Shown piece by piece: positions 35,628-45,083 of a stretch of 64,000 nucleotides of DNA. Under the pieces are notes generated by a model. That model saw only the letters and a list, made by a program, of their open reading frames with translations. It ran no database searches and was not told the origin of the DNA. Within the stretch, counting starts at the first letter, position 1; each line of letters begins with the position of its first letter. Source of the stretch: a virus (Duplodnaviria > Caudoviricetes); IMG/VR virus record IMGVR_UViG_3300021167_000258, positions 6,162 through 70,161 of that record; one strand, written 5' to 3'. Position numbers and translations under genes: made by a program.

Positions 35628-37126
35628 TACACTAGAGTTAGGTATATTATTATAGGTGTGGAAATGGTAGCTAAACTTTCTATCTTAGCCACATCCTCAC
35701 TAACTTCTACTAGATTGGAGTAGGCATCGTTGTTTTGAAGCAACCTTTTATCCCCAACTGAGACAGACCATACCCTACAATCAGAAAACCCTTTGTTTAG
35801 GTTGTGGGTAATTACCAAGTCTACCGGATTACTACCCGCTGTTAATACCCACCCTGTAGGCCAGTTAGTCCCCTCTACTCCTCCGGCTATTCTAGCAGCT
35901 ACGCTAGCTCCCACTGGAAGAGTAAGTTTGTATGTATCTTTTTCTCCGAATTTAGGACCTACAAATTGCCACAGCCCCGCAAAATCTGACGCTGCCGGAG
36001 ATTCTATATAGTAGTCCGTTGCTAACGTAGCTTGCCAATACTTGCCGGTGGAGAATGTGGTAGTAAATCCTGTTCCACTGGCATCATCCGCGTAGGCTAT
36101 ACGCAGGTATGCGTTTGTGCCGTTGGTTCCGTTTGTTCCCACTACTTGCCCTAGGCTAATATAAGTGGTATCTCCAACATACCTATACTCCAGATTAACT
36201 CCATTTATTCTCAACTGAATGGCTCTCCCATCAGCACCAGCAGCACCTGGACTACCTAAAACTGCCCCCAACACAGTCCAACTCAAATCCCCCGGAAACT
36301 TTACTTCAAGGTTAGGGGAGTTAAATCTAAACTCCGGAGTTAATCCGTTAGTCCCATTTGTGCCGTTATTGCCATTTGTGCCGTTATTGCCATTTGTGCC
36401 GTTATTGCCTTTAGGGACTAGAATAATTGGGATGGTTATGTATAGCGTAGCAGTTCCAGATTTAACTGCCTTTACCACTACGTAAGATAATCTGTTGGTG
36501 CTGGCTGTTACGGTGACCACATTGCTTAGAATGGATGCGGTAACCCCTGCCCCTACTGAATCAATGGATAATACATAGGTGGACGTAGCATCAACAGCCC
36601 CTTTAATAACTTTTAGGGTGGTCTGTGCCTGAGAAAAATCTCCCCCGCTAAGATCAGAGTTGGTTGGGATAGGTAGAACGTATGAAGAAGCAAACAACCC
36701 TGCCCCATCCACCCCGTTCACCACTGGTATAAAGTTACCCAGCACCGCGTTGTAAACGCTATACCTTAGTGTAATCTTCTCATCTCCCTTAGTGGCAGTA
36801 ATATCTACAAACCCTACCGCAGTGGTGAGGTTGGTAACAGTGATTCTATTTTGGTATAGGGTAGCCTCTACCCCCAACGAAGTGGAGATAGCGAATGTCC
36901 ACGACTTAGTATTCTCATCCCTACCATCAAAGATATGCATGAAAGTAGAAGCAGCGGAGAAGTCAGAAGTAGACTCGTCCACTATCACCGGGGATACTGG
37001 AGTGGATAAGTATGCATAGTATCCAACCCCCACAGGAATATCGTAGGCGTTGGATCGAGTTCCCTCCACTAGCGTATTTACTTCCGGGGATTGCTCTGGA
37101 AAAAAGTTAGACCTAGAATTGACCAT
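35627..37126 (-). CDS. Tail fibre with collagen-like Gly-X-Y repeats
   Basis: GNNGTN repeats, GSPGAAGADGRAIQLR. Confidence 0.7.
   Translation of the reverse strand: MVNSRSNFFPEQSPEVNTLVEGTRSNAYDIPVGVGYYAYLSTPVSPVIVDESTSDFSAASTFMHIFDGRDENTKSWTFAISTSLGVEATLYQNRITVTNLTTAVGFVDITATKGDEKITLRYSVYNAVLGNFIPVVNGVDGAGLFASSYVLPIPTNSDLSGGDFSQAQTTLKVIKGAVDATSTYVLSIDSVGAGVTASILSNVVTVTASTNRLSYVVVKAVKSGTATLYITIPIILVPKGNNGTNGNNGTNGNNGTNGTNGLTPEFRFNSPNLEVKFPGDLSWTVLGAVLGSPGAAGADGRAIQLRINGVNLEYRYVGDTTYISLGQVVGTNGTNGTNAYLRIAYADDASGTGFTTTFSTGKYWQATLATDYYIESPAASDFAGLWQFVGPKFGEKDTYKLTLPVGASVAARIAGGVEGTNWPTGWVLTAGSNPVDLVITHNLNKGFSDCRVWSVSVGDKRLLQNNDAYSNLVEVSEDVAKIESLATISTPIIIYLTLV
36354..36407 (-). repeat. Three perfect 18-nt tandem repeats encoding GNNGTN
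   Basis: ccatttgtgccgttattg x3. Confidence 0.9.
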
Positions 37127-37343
37127 AGCTGGTTAAGTTTTTACAAAGTTCTAGCTGAGATTCCATAGCATCCAACTCCCTGCCCATAACTACTTGTAGC
37201 TCGGTGTTGGCATCTAACGCATCTACTAGCATTTGCCTGAGCACTAGTATGTCCCAATCAGGTTCAGAGAACTTGAATAAAGCATTATTACAGGCAGCAC
37301 TAACATCGTGGGCCAGCGCTGTAGTAGATTCAGTTAGGTTCAT
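37113..37343 (-). CDS. Hypothetical coiled-coil protein
   Basis: 76 aa, coupled. Confidence 0.6.
   Translation of the reverse strand: MNLTESTTALAHDVSAACNNALFKFSEPDWDILVLRQMLVDALDANTELQVVMGRELDAMESQLELCKNLTSYGQF
37136..37151 (-). promoter_or_regulatory. Late promoter-like element
   Basis: GAACTTTGTAAAAACT just upstream of the fibre gene. Confidence 0.35.
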
Positions 37344-38041
37344 AGCGTTTTGGCGTAGTTAATGAGTTGAGTTACTTTTACCCAATTCCTAGCCCCAGTT
37401 TCCACACCCACTGCATTTAGAATCAAGTTTAATCTTGATGCTTTCATATAGTAGGGGTTAGTTTTGGTTAGCTTCAAATCGTTGACGTTAAGCGTCTCTG
37501 CTGCTTTTCTTACCGCTTCTATCCACGACACTTCCGTATCGTAGGTAATGGCCCACGTAATCTCCAAGGCATATCTAGCAGGTAAGGTTGTAATCTCTAC
37601 CCACTTAGTAGGATTAGATTCCGGAGCATGGTTTAGGGTATTGGCCAATACTTGGTAGAACTTACCTAACCTATACACCACGCTCCCATCTACCAGTAAA
37701 TAGCTGGCAGAAGCATTCCACGTAGGAACTGCTTCTATGAGTAATGAGTAAACGTAGTCGCCAAACCCTGAGTAATCAAATGATATTGGCAATACCTCAA
37801 CGGATGGGGCAGGTATGAGTAAATCCTTAACAGCGACTACCGAGGTTCCTTGAATATACTTGGACGTATCAGGTAGGGTCAACTGAACGCGCTTATACTG
37901 AGAAAAATCAGATAAAGCATGACCAGGTTCTGTATTGGCGGAATAGTTTGAATTATCTACTGCTGCTATAACTCCCTCTCTACCAACTATATTTGGCACT
38001 GATTCTCCGGGAGTTGTAAACGAAACTTGAAATAATGCCAT
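37340..38041 (-). CDS. Tail-associated protein with a carbohydrate-binding-like module
   Basis: TWNASASY...VVYRLGKFYQVLANTLNHAPESNPTKW resembles CBM5/12. Confidence 0.55.
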   Translation of the reverse strand: MALFQVSFTTPGESVPNIVGREGVIAAVDNSNYSANTEPGHALSDFSQYKRVQLTLPDTSKYIQGTSVVAVKDLLIPAPSVEVLPISFDYSGFGDYVYSLLIEAVPTWNASASYLLVDGSVVYRLGKFYQVLANTLNHAPESNPTKWVEITTLPARYALEITWAITYDTEVSWIEAVRKAAETLNVNDLKLTKTNPYYMKASRLNLILNAVGVETGARNWVKVTQLINYAKTL

Positions 38042-38067
38042 GGCTGTAGTTTTGGTAAAGTTACTAA

Positions 38068-41000
38068 TTATTTTTTATTTTCCATGTCCTGCATGCGCTT
38101 CTCTGCTTCCTTCATTTTCTCCTCTGCCCGTTTCTCGGCTTCGCGCATGCGCTCCTCTATCTCATCCATCTTCTCCTTCATCTCCTCATCGGAGGGTAGA
38201 CCTAGGGAGTTCAGTTCATCCTCAGATAGAACTTTGCCGGTTCCCTTGGCAGCGGCTTTAGTAAGCTTCTTCATGTCTTGAATGAATGGGGCTCCGGTAG
38301 CCATACCAAATACGTTATACCCCGCGTTTATCAAGTGGCTTGCATCTGATTCAGATACATCTCCATTGTATAGAGAAGGACCGTAAGTAAATACATCAGC
38401 AAACACTTCGGCCGGCACAGATATACCTCCGAACAACGGGGTGTAGGATTTTATTGCCGTTGGAGAATCAAACAACCGTGTAGGAGCAGACATCACCAGT
38501 TTATCCTTGTAAGGATCGTAAGGCTTGCCCTGCACATTCTCTGTTATTTCCTTATTGCCCAACTCTATCCCCAACCCTATCAAGGATTTCACCGGGCCAG
38601 CCCACCTACCTAGAGGAATGCTTATGGCCGTGGCCAAGGCTTGCCTAGCGTGGTAGTCTGAGGTGGTCATATCTATATACTTACTATCATCTTCCTCTCC
38701 TAGAGCAGATTGATACAAGTTATAAATATACGTTCCTAAAATATTATAAACATGGTTTCTAGCCACGATCATACTCATTTGCCTAGCCCCATCCCCTGCA
38801 CTTTCTAGCGTGCCTTTTCCGTATAGGCTCTTGGCTGCGTTGGAAAAGTTAGCCGCGTCGTTGAACGGATAGGAGCGCATGAAACTCCAGAACGCTTTAC
38901 CCATGGTGGTCATGTAGTTGGTAGATCTTGATCTTAAAATATCTGCCACATCGTAAGTAGATGAGGCGTTGAACAGCACATTGATATTACCATCGGCTTT
39001 ATCGCTGGCGGCTTGTATTTCCTTTTGGAATTTAAACCGGTAGTTGGGATCATTCATAAACTTATCCCCATCAAACTTCTCCCCTGTTTGCTTGGAGAAC
39101 TCTCGAGAGAAACTACCTACCCATACAGGTCTGGTAATAACCGAGTCAGATAACCGAATCAACGAGTCTGCTAAATCCTTACCCTTACCCACTACTCCTC
39201 CTACAGCCTCCCCTACCTTCTCTGAGGCTTTACCGGCTAAGGTAGATTTCAAAGTCCCTTCTGGAGAGATCATGCGCTTTGTGAATGCATTCTCCCTATC
39301 AAGGTTGCTGCTACCAAATCGTATTTGATGGGTTCCTCCAGTGAACTGCATGATACTTCTGAGAATACCCTCGCCCTCATACATTTTACCATACTCTTTT
39401 AGCATGGATATTCCCTCATGGAACTCCGCTGGGTAGAACATAGCACCGGCAACGTTAGAAGGCAACTCCTTTAATATTCTAGGGGCTGAGGCTAATGTGA
39501 ACCTGTAGGTGTTGGAGAGTATTTCCTTAACCATTTCATCGGCTATAGTCTCCTTTGTGCGTTGGGCCACGTATTCTCCTTGAATATTATTCTTAACGTA
39601 AGAAGTCAAGGAGTTAATAAACGACGCGTCCTTACTATTTTTCAACCCATCCTTTACCCTACCAAACGTCCCGAACACTTCTTGTATTGCTGGGGTCATA
39701 TGATAATCAGTCAAAGCATCCCTATAAGCACCTAAGAAATTTTTGGTTGGGGAGAATCTTATTGTGGGGGTTCCTACTCTTTCCTTTGCTGAACCTGCGG
39801 CAAAACTAACGTGGGACTTGCCACTCTGCAGCATGTCTACTAGATCAGCAAACTCCTTATCTGGAGTAGTTTTAATTCCATCCGCTACTATTCTAGCGTA
39901 GCTGTTTATTCCCTTAAACGCACCACCCCTATACATAGTCTCTGAGAACCTAAGAATTGGAAGTATATCCTCCGTAGAGGCCCTATCCATTTCCTTTACC
40001 AAGGCTTTCTCTCCAGGAGTCAACACCTCTGCCTCCATCTTAGCCAAGTCTATATTGCCTTGGGCATCCCTTGGTAAGAACTCGTATAAGGCGCGTAGGC
40101 GTTCCTTTTCCTTTGGGCTGTATGATCCTTCGTCTAGGTTCTTGATATAGTCTGGGAGATGGGTAGGTAGGTCAGGGTTCGCCCTATCCTCCCTAGTTCT
40201 AAGATACATTTCCAGTATAGCCTCGGAGTCAAATAGGGATCGTCCTCCCAAAGCAGTAGTCCCAACTACCTTGTCAAAGCCGGTAGTTTCCCCTAGATGT
40301 TTACTCCTAAGCTCGCTAATCTTTTTTGCGTAAGGGTCAAATGTTACCCTTACTTTAGAATCTGCGTTGGCAATTTTCTTATAGCTGGAATCGTATACTA
40401 CAGAGGTACCGTCAATGCCATGTATACCATCTATTAAGTATTTCTGAACCGGTCTGAATGACTTGGCCCACTCTTCTACCGATTTTTCCTTAAACCCTTT
40501 GGTAACTTCCGGAGCAGTTTCCCTTAATGCCTCTGCTAATTTACGATCCGTAGGAGTCCATACCTCTCTAGCAATTCCCAACTCTCCCCCCATTTTAGCC
40601 GCAGCCTCTCCAACCTTAGCCTTAAGCACAAAGTCCTTATAAACTTTGGGGCTAATCCAGTTGTTCTTGTTCACGGCCTCAACTACTCTGGAGAGCATGT
40701 TCAGTTCTTTTGGGCTGAACTTCTTTACCATCTCTGGAGATAACAATTGTTTAAACTCTCGGAGTAGGTCTGCTTCCTTGGCATCAAATACCCTATCTGC
40801 AGTTTTATCCGTAGCATTACCAACTACCTTATCTGGGTTGATTTCTTTTATAGCCAAGGTTAGTTCTGGCTCCATCATATCCGCAATTAACCTCTCTGCT
40901 ACTTTAGCATCGGCTATATCGGATACGCTTTCCTCTACCTGCTTCCAGCGCTTGTTGGCACTAACATCCAATAGCTTTTCTACTACCGGGCGTATCTCTT

Positions 41001-44000
41001 CGTATAGATTGGTTAGCCTCTCCCTAGATACATCGGGAACTGCTGAGGTAGCCAGTTCCTTCATGGCAAGGTTGTAACGGCTCACGGTTTCTGCGGGGAG
41101 TAGGTCATATGGTGCGTCTACTAGCTGCCTTACTATCGGTGATAGCGATCCAAACTTTTTACCAGATTTAAGGGACTTAGTTACCTTAGCAATGTTCTCC
41201 TCGATACTTGCTACTTGGTTAGCAAATGTTTTCTTGTTTAAAACTTTAGTCAAGTAGGTCTTGAATGAATCTGCTTGCTCTACAGTCTCAACCCTATTTA
41301 ATTTTTTAAGCAGGGCCGCGCTCAACTCTGGGGCAGCGTTGTCTATGGTAGACTTGTGCTCATCAATAAACCCGGCAATATCTATCTTAGCCTGTTTAAC
41401 TTCTTGTAATCTTTCCTTATTCGCGTCCCCTTCCTTACGGGCAAACGCTACTTCCCAACGCTCTTTTAGCTTCTGCTCCTTTAACTTTTCTCCTAGGGCT
41501 ACCTTTTCTGCTTCTGATTTAGCGTTCTTAATGTCCCTCAAAAGATTCTGTTCTGCTGCCTTGAATGATTCTATCCTTTCCTGTTCGGCTTTACCTGCTT
41601 TGAATGCGGCCTTTTCTACTCTGGACTTTCCCTTAAAATCTGCCCACTGCATGGCTATAAGCTTATCGCTTTTACCTGCCTTTGCAGCAATGTCTATGCT
41701 CTTCTGTATATCCATACCCTCTGTGGCCATCACCTCTTTCAAGGTGTAAGAGGTCCCTTCTAACTTAGTTTCTAGTAAGGACTCAACATCGGACATTTTA
41801 ATATCGGTAGCGAAGTATTCCTTCATCTCCCTAGACAGCTCCTTGAATAGAATCTCGGAAGATTTTACCCCTTGCCTTACGTAAGAACCCGCCAGCTTAC
41901 CCATTAGCTCAATACGCTCTTGGGTAAGTCCAGGGACTATGGTAGCGCTGAGGGATTTATCCGCAGTTCTGTAGGACTCTATAAGGTTTTGGCGATAGCT
42001 GCGCTCCCTCTCAGCCACCATTTTTATTTGGCGCTTGGCTCCTAATGGGGCAGCAGCCACTTGCTCGGTGGCAAAAGATTCCTTTACTACTTCAACAGGT
42101 TTTCCGGTTCCGGTTGGCCCTGCAACTTTCTCTTCTTGAACTCCTTTAGGAGCAGGAACTTCGCCATTTGGAGCTTTTGCTTCTTCGACTCTTTTGGTTG
42201 TCTCATGGTATAGTAGTGTTAATTCTTTATCGTCCATGGCTGAGATTTCCCTCTCGGTTTTTCCCAACACCTTTTCTGCCACTGCATCCGGAACTGCATC
42301 AAGTTCATTCTTTATGCGCTTGATCTTAGCCATTACGGCCTCCTCGGTGAGATACATGATAGGCATCTCGTTAGGGTCCTTACTATCCCCACGCTGGTAT
42401 CGTTGCTCAACGGCACGAAGTATACTCTCGCTTGCTGGGGTTAGTTCGGCTACGCCCATTCGGTAATCTCGAATGTTTGCGGAGGCAGCGTTAAACTCCT
42501 TCTGAGGCATATTCAAAAAATCAGACGCAATAAAGTTTGACTCTGCAGGGTCGTAGGCTTCCATGAAATCCAACGCCAGCTCTCTGGAATCTGTGGCTCT
42601 CAGCTGCTCTAATGGAATATCTAAAACCTCTTGGGCTTCCTTCTCGTATTTCTCTTTTCTTGGAACATCCTTTTCTGTAGTAGATAGCGACTCGTAGAAC
42701 TCTTGTAGTTTAGTTCTATAGGCTAAAGCAGAGTCTACATTCCCTCCAAAGAACTTACCTACACCCTTGTCTATGGCAGCATCTACAAACCTAAGTTCCG
42801 CGGATACATCCCCTACTGCCTTATCTCTTGCTTGTTGAGATAGGGGTAACCCCTCTCTTGATCTGGATATAGCCACAACAGACGAAGGGGATAATACCAC
42901 ATCCTCTGGGCTGACCTTACCGGCAAATTCCCCTGATAAAAATGAGTAAGATTGGGAAGTATGCGCGTTTACCCTATCCTCAGCAGCGCGTAGCGTAGCG
43001 TTATCATTTCTTACTACTAAATCACCTACAGCGGAAGGAGGGTTTTCATCTATGGCTTTTAGTAAATCTTCCTTAGAAGAGTATCGCTTTCCTCCATAGT
43101 AGTAGTAAGGCTCCCTGAATAGGTTAGCCACTTGCTTTTCCTTGGAAGCAATCTCCCCTTTTATAGCATCAGCCCTCAACTTAGAAGTCTCTGTTCCTGC
43201 CCCTTCTAGCTCTACCTGCTGAGTTTTTAAATCCTCAATTTCTTGTAATCCTTTTCTGGCCTCGGCTGATACAGGATCGTAGGTATCTAGTAATGAGTTA
43301 ATCCTACTCACCACTTCCTTCTCACCTATCTTCTGCTCTCTAGCAATAGCCTTTACTGCCTCTGGATTTCTTAGGGCATTGTTCAATTGATCTGCTACCA
43401 TGATTAACTCAGAAGCAGTTCTCTTTCTCCCCATGGACGCTTCTTGGCTTCCACCGGTTAGTTCAGCCATGCGGCTATCCCTAATCTCCATAACTGCCAC
43501 AGAGGTGGGGTCGGTTTTAATGGCATTGGCCTTATCCATGAACTGCTCACTTCCCTCTAGGAAACGCTTATTGGCACTCACCCTAGCCGCGCTAATATCT
43601 AGTGCAGCCATAGACTTCATATCCTTGGCCCCAAACGCTATAGCCATTCCCATAGCGTTATATAAATTTTCTTTTCTTACTTCCCCTTCGGTGATTAAAT
43701 CTTTGATAGCAGCCTCTGCCCCGAATACTGCCGTAGAGGTTGCCGTGCCGGTCACCCCAGCGGTAACACCAGCAACCTTATTCCAGCCCTTCGCCTCGGT
43801 TGAGAGTTTACCTCCGGCTCTTTCCAACTGCTTGGCAGCAATCTTAGACGATACCATATGCCCAGGTTGTCCCAAACTCTCCCACCACCACGCATCAACA
43901 GTAGCCCCTAAGTAAGTCTTAGCAGCCTCCGAAAAGTCTGCCCCTTCCTCAGCGGCTTTACCTGTTTCTAAGGTAGCATGAACCAATGGGAACTTGCCAA

Positions 44001-45081
44001 ACTCTAAATTTGTTAAGTAGGAGGCAGTATGCTTTAAAGGGTTTTTAGTCCCTTGGAATATCTTAGCGTAAGTAGGTATCCTAATGGAAGATCCACCCAT
44101 GGTCAAAGCAGTGAGGGCTAACTCCCCACCTACGTAGGATAACGATTTTATTACACTGGAAATAGGATCATCTGGTAAGTCGGGAACCCCTGCCACTACT
44201 ACATCTACCTCTTGTAAAGCTTTATTTGAAGCAAATAAAGGATCTCCTAAATTAGTGGCATACTCTATATACTTAGGAATATCGTCGACATATTGTTCTA
44301 ATAACTTTACCTGCTCTGTGTCCCCACTTCGCTTGGCTCGTTCTATGTTTAATTCTAGCCCATATCGGATTATAGGCTCCATCGTAATGTCCCTAAGATC
44401 CCTTTTAGTGTTATCCAGTATTTTACCAGCCTCCACGAATACCCCTGCTGCCGGTTTTAATGCGCTGGCTACATACTGTATTCCCTTTTCCGCTACCATG
44501 CCGGTAACGGTTTTACCCAACCCTTCTGAAATCCATGCATCTATCTGCTGAACCATGGTAGGATCAGCCGTAACTGTTCCGGTTTTTGGTAAATTAACTG
44601 GAAGTGGTAAATCATCATCGGTAAATACCGACTTCTGCTCCTTACCTACCAATGGGGATTTTATTCCCTCTAGCGCGTCCCTGCGTATAACCATCTCTGG
44701 GGTATCGTTTGGATACCTAAACTCTCCGGGAGTATACTCTAACTTAGGGACCGCTGGTATACTGGTATCAATAGGTAATTCTTCCCCTATCTTTGGTGCT
44801 TGCATATTCCTACCAATAGCACCTAAAGGTGAGCCCATAGCGTTCATACTTTGTGTCATGCTAGATACAACTGGAGGCTGGTTTGGTAGTTGTATATTCG
44901 GAGAAATATCTTTTAGGAATGTTGGTAAGTCTGGAACCTCATACCCATCATTTACTAGGGTAGCGTGTAACTTCTCTACCTTGGAGGGATCAGACATATC
45001 TTTTTCAAACGAGGTAGTATCTGGAACCTCATACCCATCATTTACTAGGGTAGCGTGTAACTTCTCTAAATTGTTGGGCAT
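38068..45081 (-). CDS. Large internal virion/DNA ejection protein
   Basis: 2337 aa, largely helical; third of three genes after the muzzle; no intact DxDxD RNA polymerase motif. Confidence 0.65.
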   Translation of the reverse strand: MPNNLEKLHATLVNDGYEVPDTTSFEKDMSDPSKVEKLHATLVNDGYEVPDLPTFLKDISPNIQLPNQPPVVSSMTQSMNAMGSPLGAIGRNMQAPKIGEELPIDTSIPAVPKLEYTPGEFRYPNDTPEMVIRRDALEGIKSPLVGKEQKSVFTDDDLPLPVNLPKTGTVTADPTMVQQIDAWISEGLGKTVTGMVAEKGIQYVASALKPAAGVFVEAGKILDNTKRDLRDITMEPIIRYGLELNIERAKRSGDTEQVKLLEQYVDDIPKYIEYATNLGDPLFASNKALQEVDVVVAGVPDLPDDPISSVIKSLSYVGGELALTALTMGGSSIRIPTYAKIFQGTKNPLKHTASYLTNLEFGKFPLVHATLETGKAAEEGADFSEAAKTYLGATVDAWWWESLGQPGHMVSSKIAAKQLERAGGKLSTEAKGWNKVAGVTAGVTGTATSTAVFGAEAAIKDLITEGEVRKENLYNAMGMAIAFGAKDMKSMAALDISAARVSANKRFLEGSEQFMDKANAIKTDPTSVAVMEIRDSRMAELTGGSQEASMGRKRTASELIMVADQLNNALRNPEAVKAIAREQKIGEKEVVSRINSLLDTYDPVSAEARKGLQEIEDLKTQQVELEGAGTETSKLRADAIKGEIASKEKQVANLFREPYYYYGGKRYSSKEDLLKAIDENPPSAVGDLVVRNDNATLRAAEDRVNAHTSQSYSFLSGEFAGKVSPEDVVLSPSSVVAISRSREGLPLSQQARDKAVGDVSAELRFVDAAIDKGVGKFFGGNVDSALAYRTKLQEFYESLSTTEKDVPRKEKYEKEAQEVLDIPLEQLRATDSRELALDFMEAYDPAESNFIASDFLNMPQKEFNAASANIRDYRMGVAELTPASESILRAVEQRYQRGDSKDPNEMPIMYLTEEAVMAKIKRIKNELDAVPDAVAEKVLGKTEREISAMDDKELTLLYHETTKRVEEAKAPNGEVPAPKGVQEEKVAGPTGTGKPVEVVKESFATEQVAAAPLGAKRQIKMVAERERSYRQNLIESYRTADKSLSATIVPGLTQERIELMGKLAGSYVRQGVKSSEILFKELSREMKEYFATDIKMSDVESLLETKLEGTSYTLKEVMATEGMDIQKSIDIAAKAGKSDKLIAMQWADFKGKSRVEKAAFKAGKAEQERIESFKAAEQNLLRDIKNAKSEAEKVALGEKLKEQKLKERWEVAFARKEGDANKERLQEVKQAKIDIAGFIDEHKSTIDNAAPELSAALLKKLNRVETVEQADSFKTYLTKVLNKKTFANQVASIEENIAKVTKSLKSGKKFGSLSPIVRQLVDAPYDLLPAETVSRYNLAMKELATSAVPDVSRERLTNLYEEIRPVVEKLLDVSANKRWKQVEESVSDIADAKVAERLIADMMEPELTLAIKEINPDKVVGNATDKTADRVFDAKEADLLREFKQLLSPEMVKKFSPKELNMLSRVVEAVNKNNWISPKVYKDFVLKAKVGEAAAKMGGELGIAREVWTPTDRKLAEALRETAPEVTKGFKEKSVEEWAKSFRPVQKYLIDGIHGIDGTSVVYDSSYKKIANADSKVRVTFDPYAKKISELRSKHLGETTGFDKVVGTTALGGRSLFDSEAILEMYLRTREDRANPDLPTHLPDYIKNLDEGSYSPKEKERLRALYEFLPRDAQGNIDLAKMEAEVLTPGEKALVKEMDRASTEDILPILRFSETMYRGGAFKGINSYARIVADGIKTTPDKEFADLVDMLQSGKSHVSFAAGSAKERVGTPTIRFSPTKNFLGAYRDALTDYHMTPAIQEVFGTFGRVKDGLKNSKDASFINSLTSYVKNNIQGEYVAQRTKETIADEMVKEILSNTYRFTLASAPRILKELPSNVAGAMFYPAEFHEGISMLKEYGKMYEGEGILRSIMQFTGGTHQIRFGSSNLDRENAFTKRMISPEGTLKSTLAGKASEKVGEAVGGVVGKGKDLADSLIRLSDSVITRPVWVGSFSREFSKQTGEKFDGDKFMNDPNYRFKFQKEIQAASDKADGNINVLFNASSTYDVADILRSRSTNYMTTMGKAFWSFMRSYPFNDAANFSNAAKSLYGKGTLESAGDGARQMSMIVARNHVYNILGTYIYNLYQSALGEEDDSKYIDMTTSDYHARQALATAISIPLGRWAGPVKSLIGLGIELGNKEITENVQGKPYDPYKDKLVMSAPTRLFDSPTAIKSYTPLFGGISVPAEVFADVFTYGPSLYNGDVSESDASHLINAGYNVFGMATGAPFIQDMKKLTKAAAKGTGKVLSEDELNSLGLPSDEEMKEKMDEIEERMREAEKRAEEKMKEAEKRMQDMENKK
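44930..45068 (-). repeat. 49-nt perfect direct repeat (90-nt period) at the start of the ejection protein gene
   Basis: 44930-44978 = 45020-45068; encodes EKLHATLVNDGYEVPD twice. Confidence 0.9.
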
Positions 45082-45083
45082 AA

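Noticed and set aside
31769-37126. Diversity-generating retroelement or invertible shufflon in the fibre genes
   Set aside because: No reverse transcriptase, invertase, TR/VR pair or inverted repeats were seen.
38900-39100. EKFDGDK in the 2337-aa protein as an RNA polymerase catalytic motif
   Set aside because: The first Asp of DxDxD is replaced by Lys, and the context is a helical C-terminal region typical of ejection proteins.
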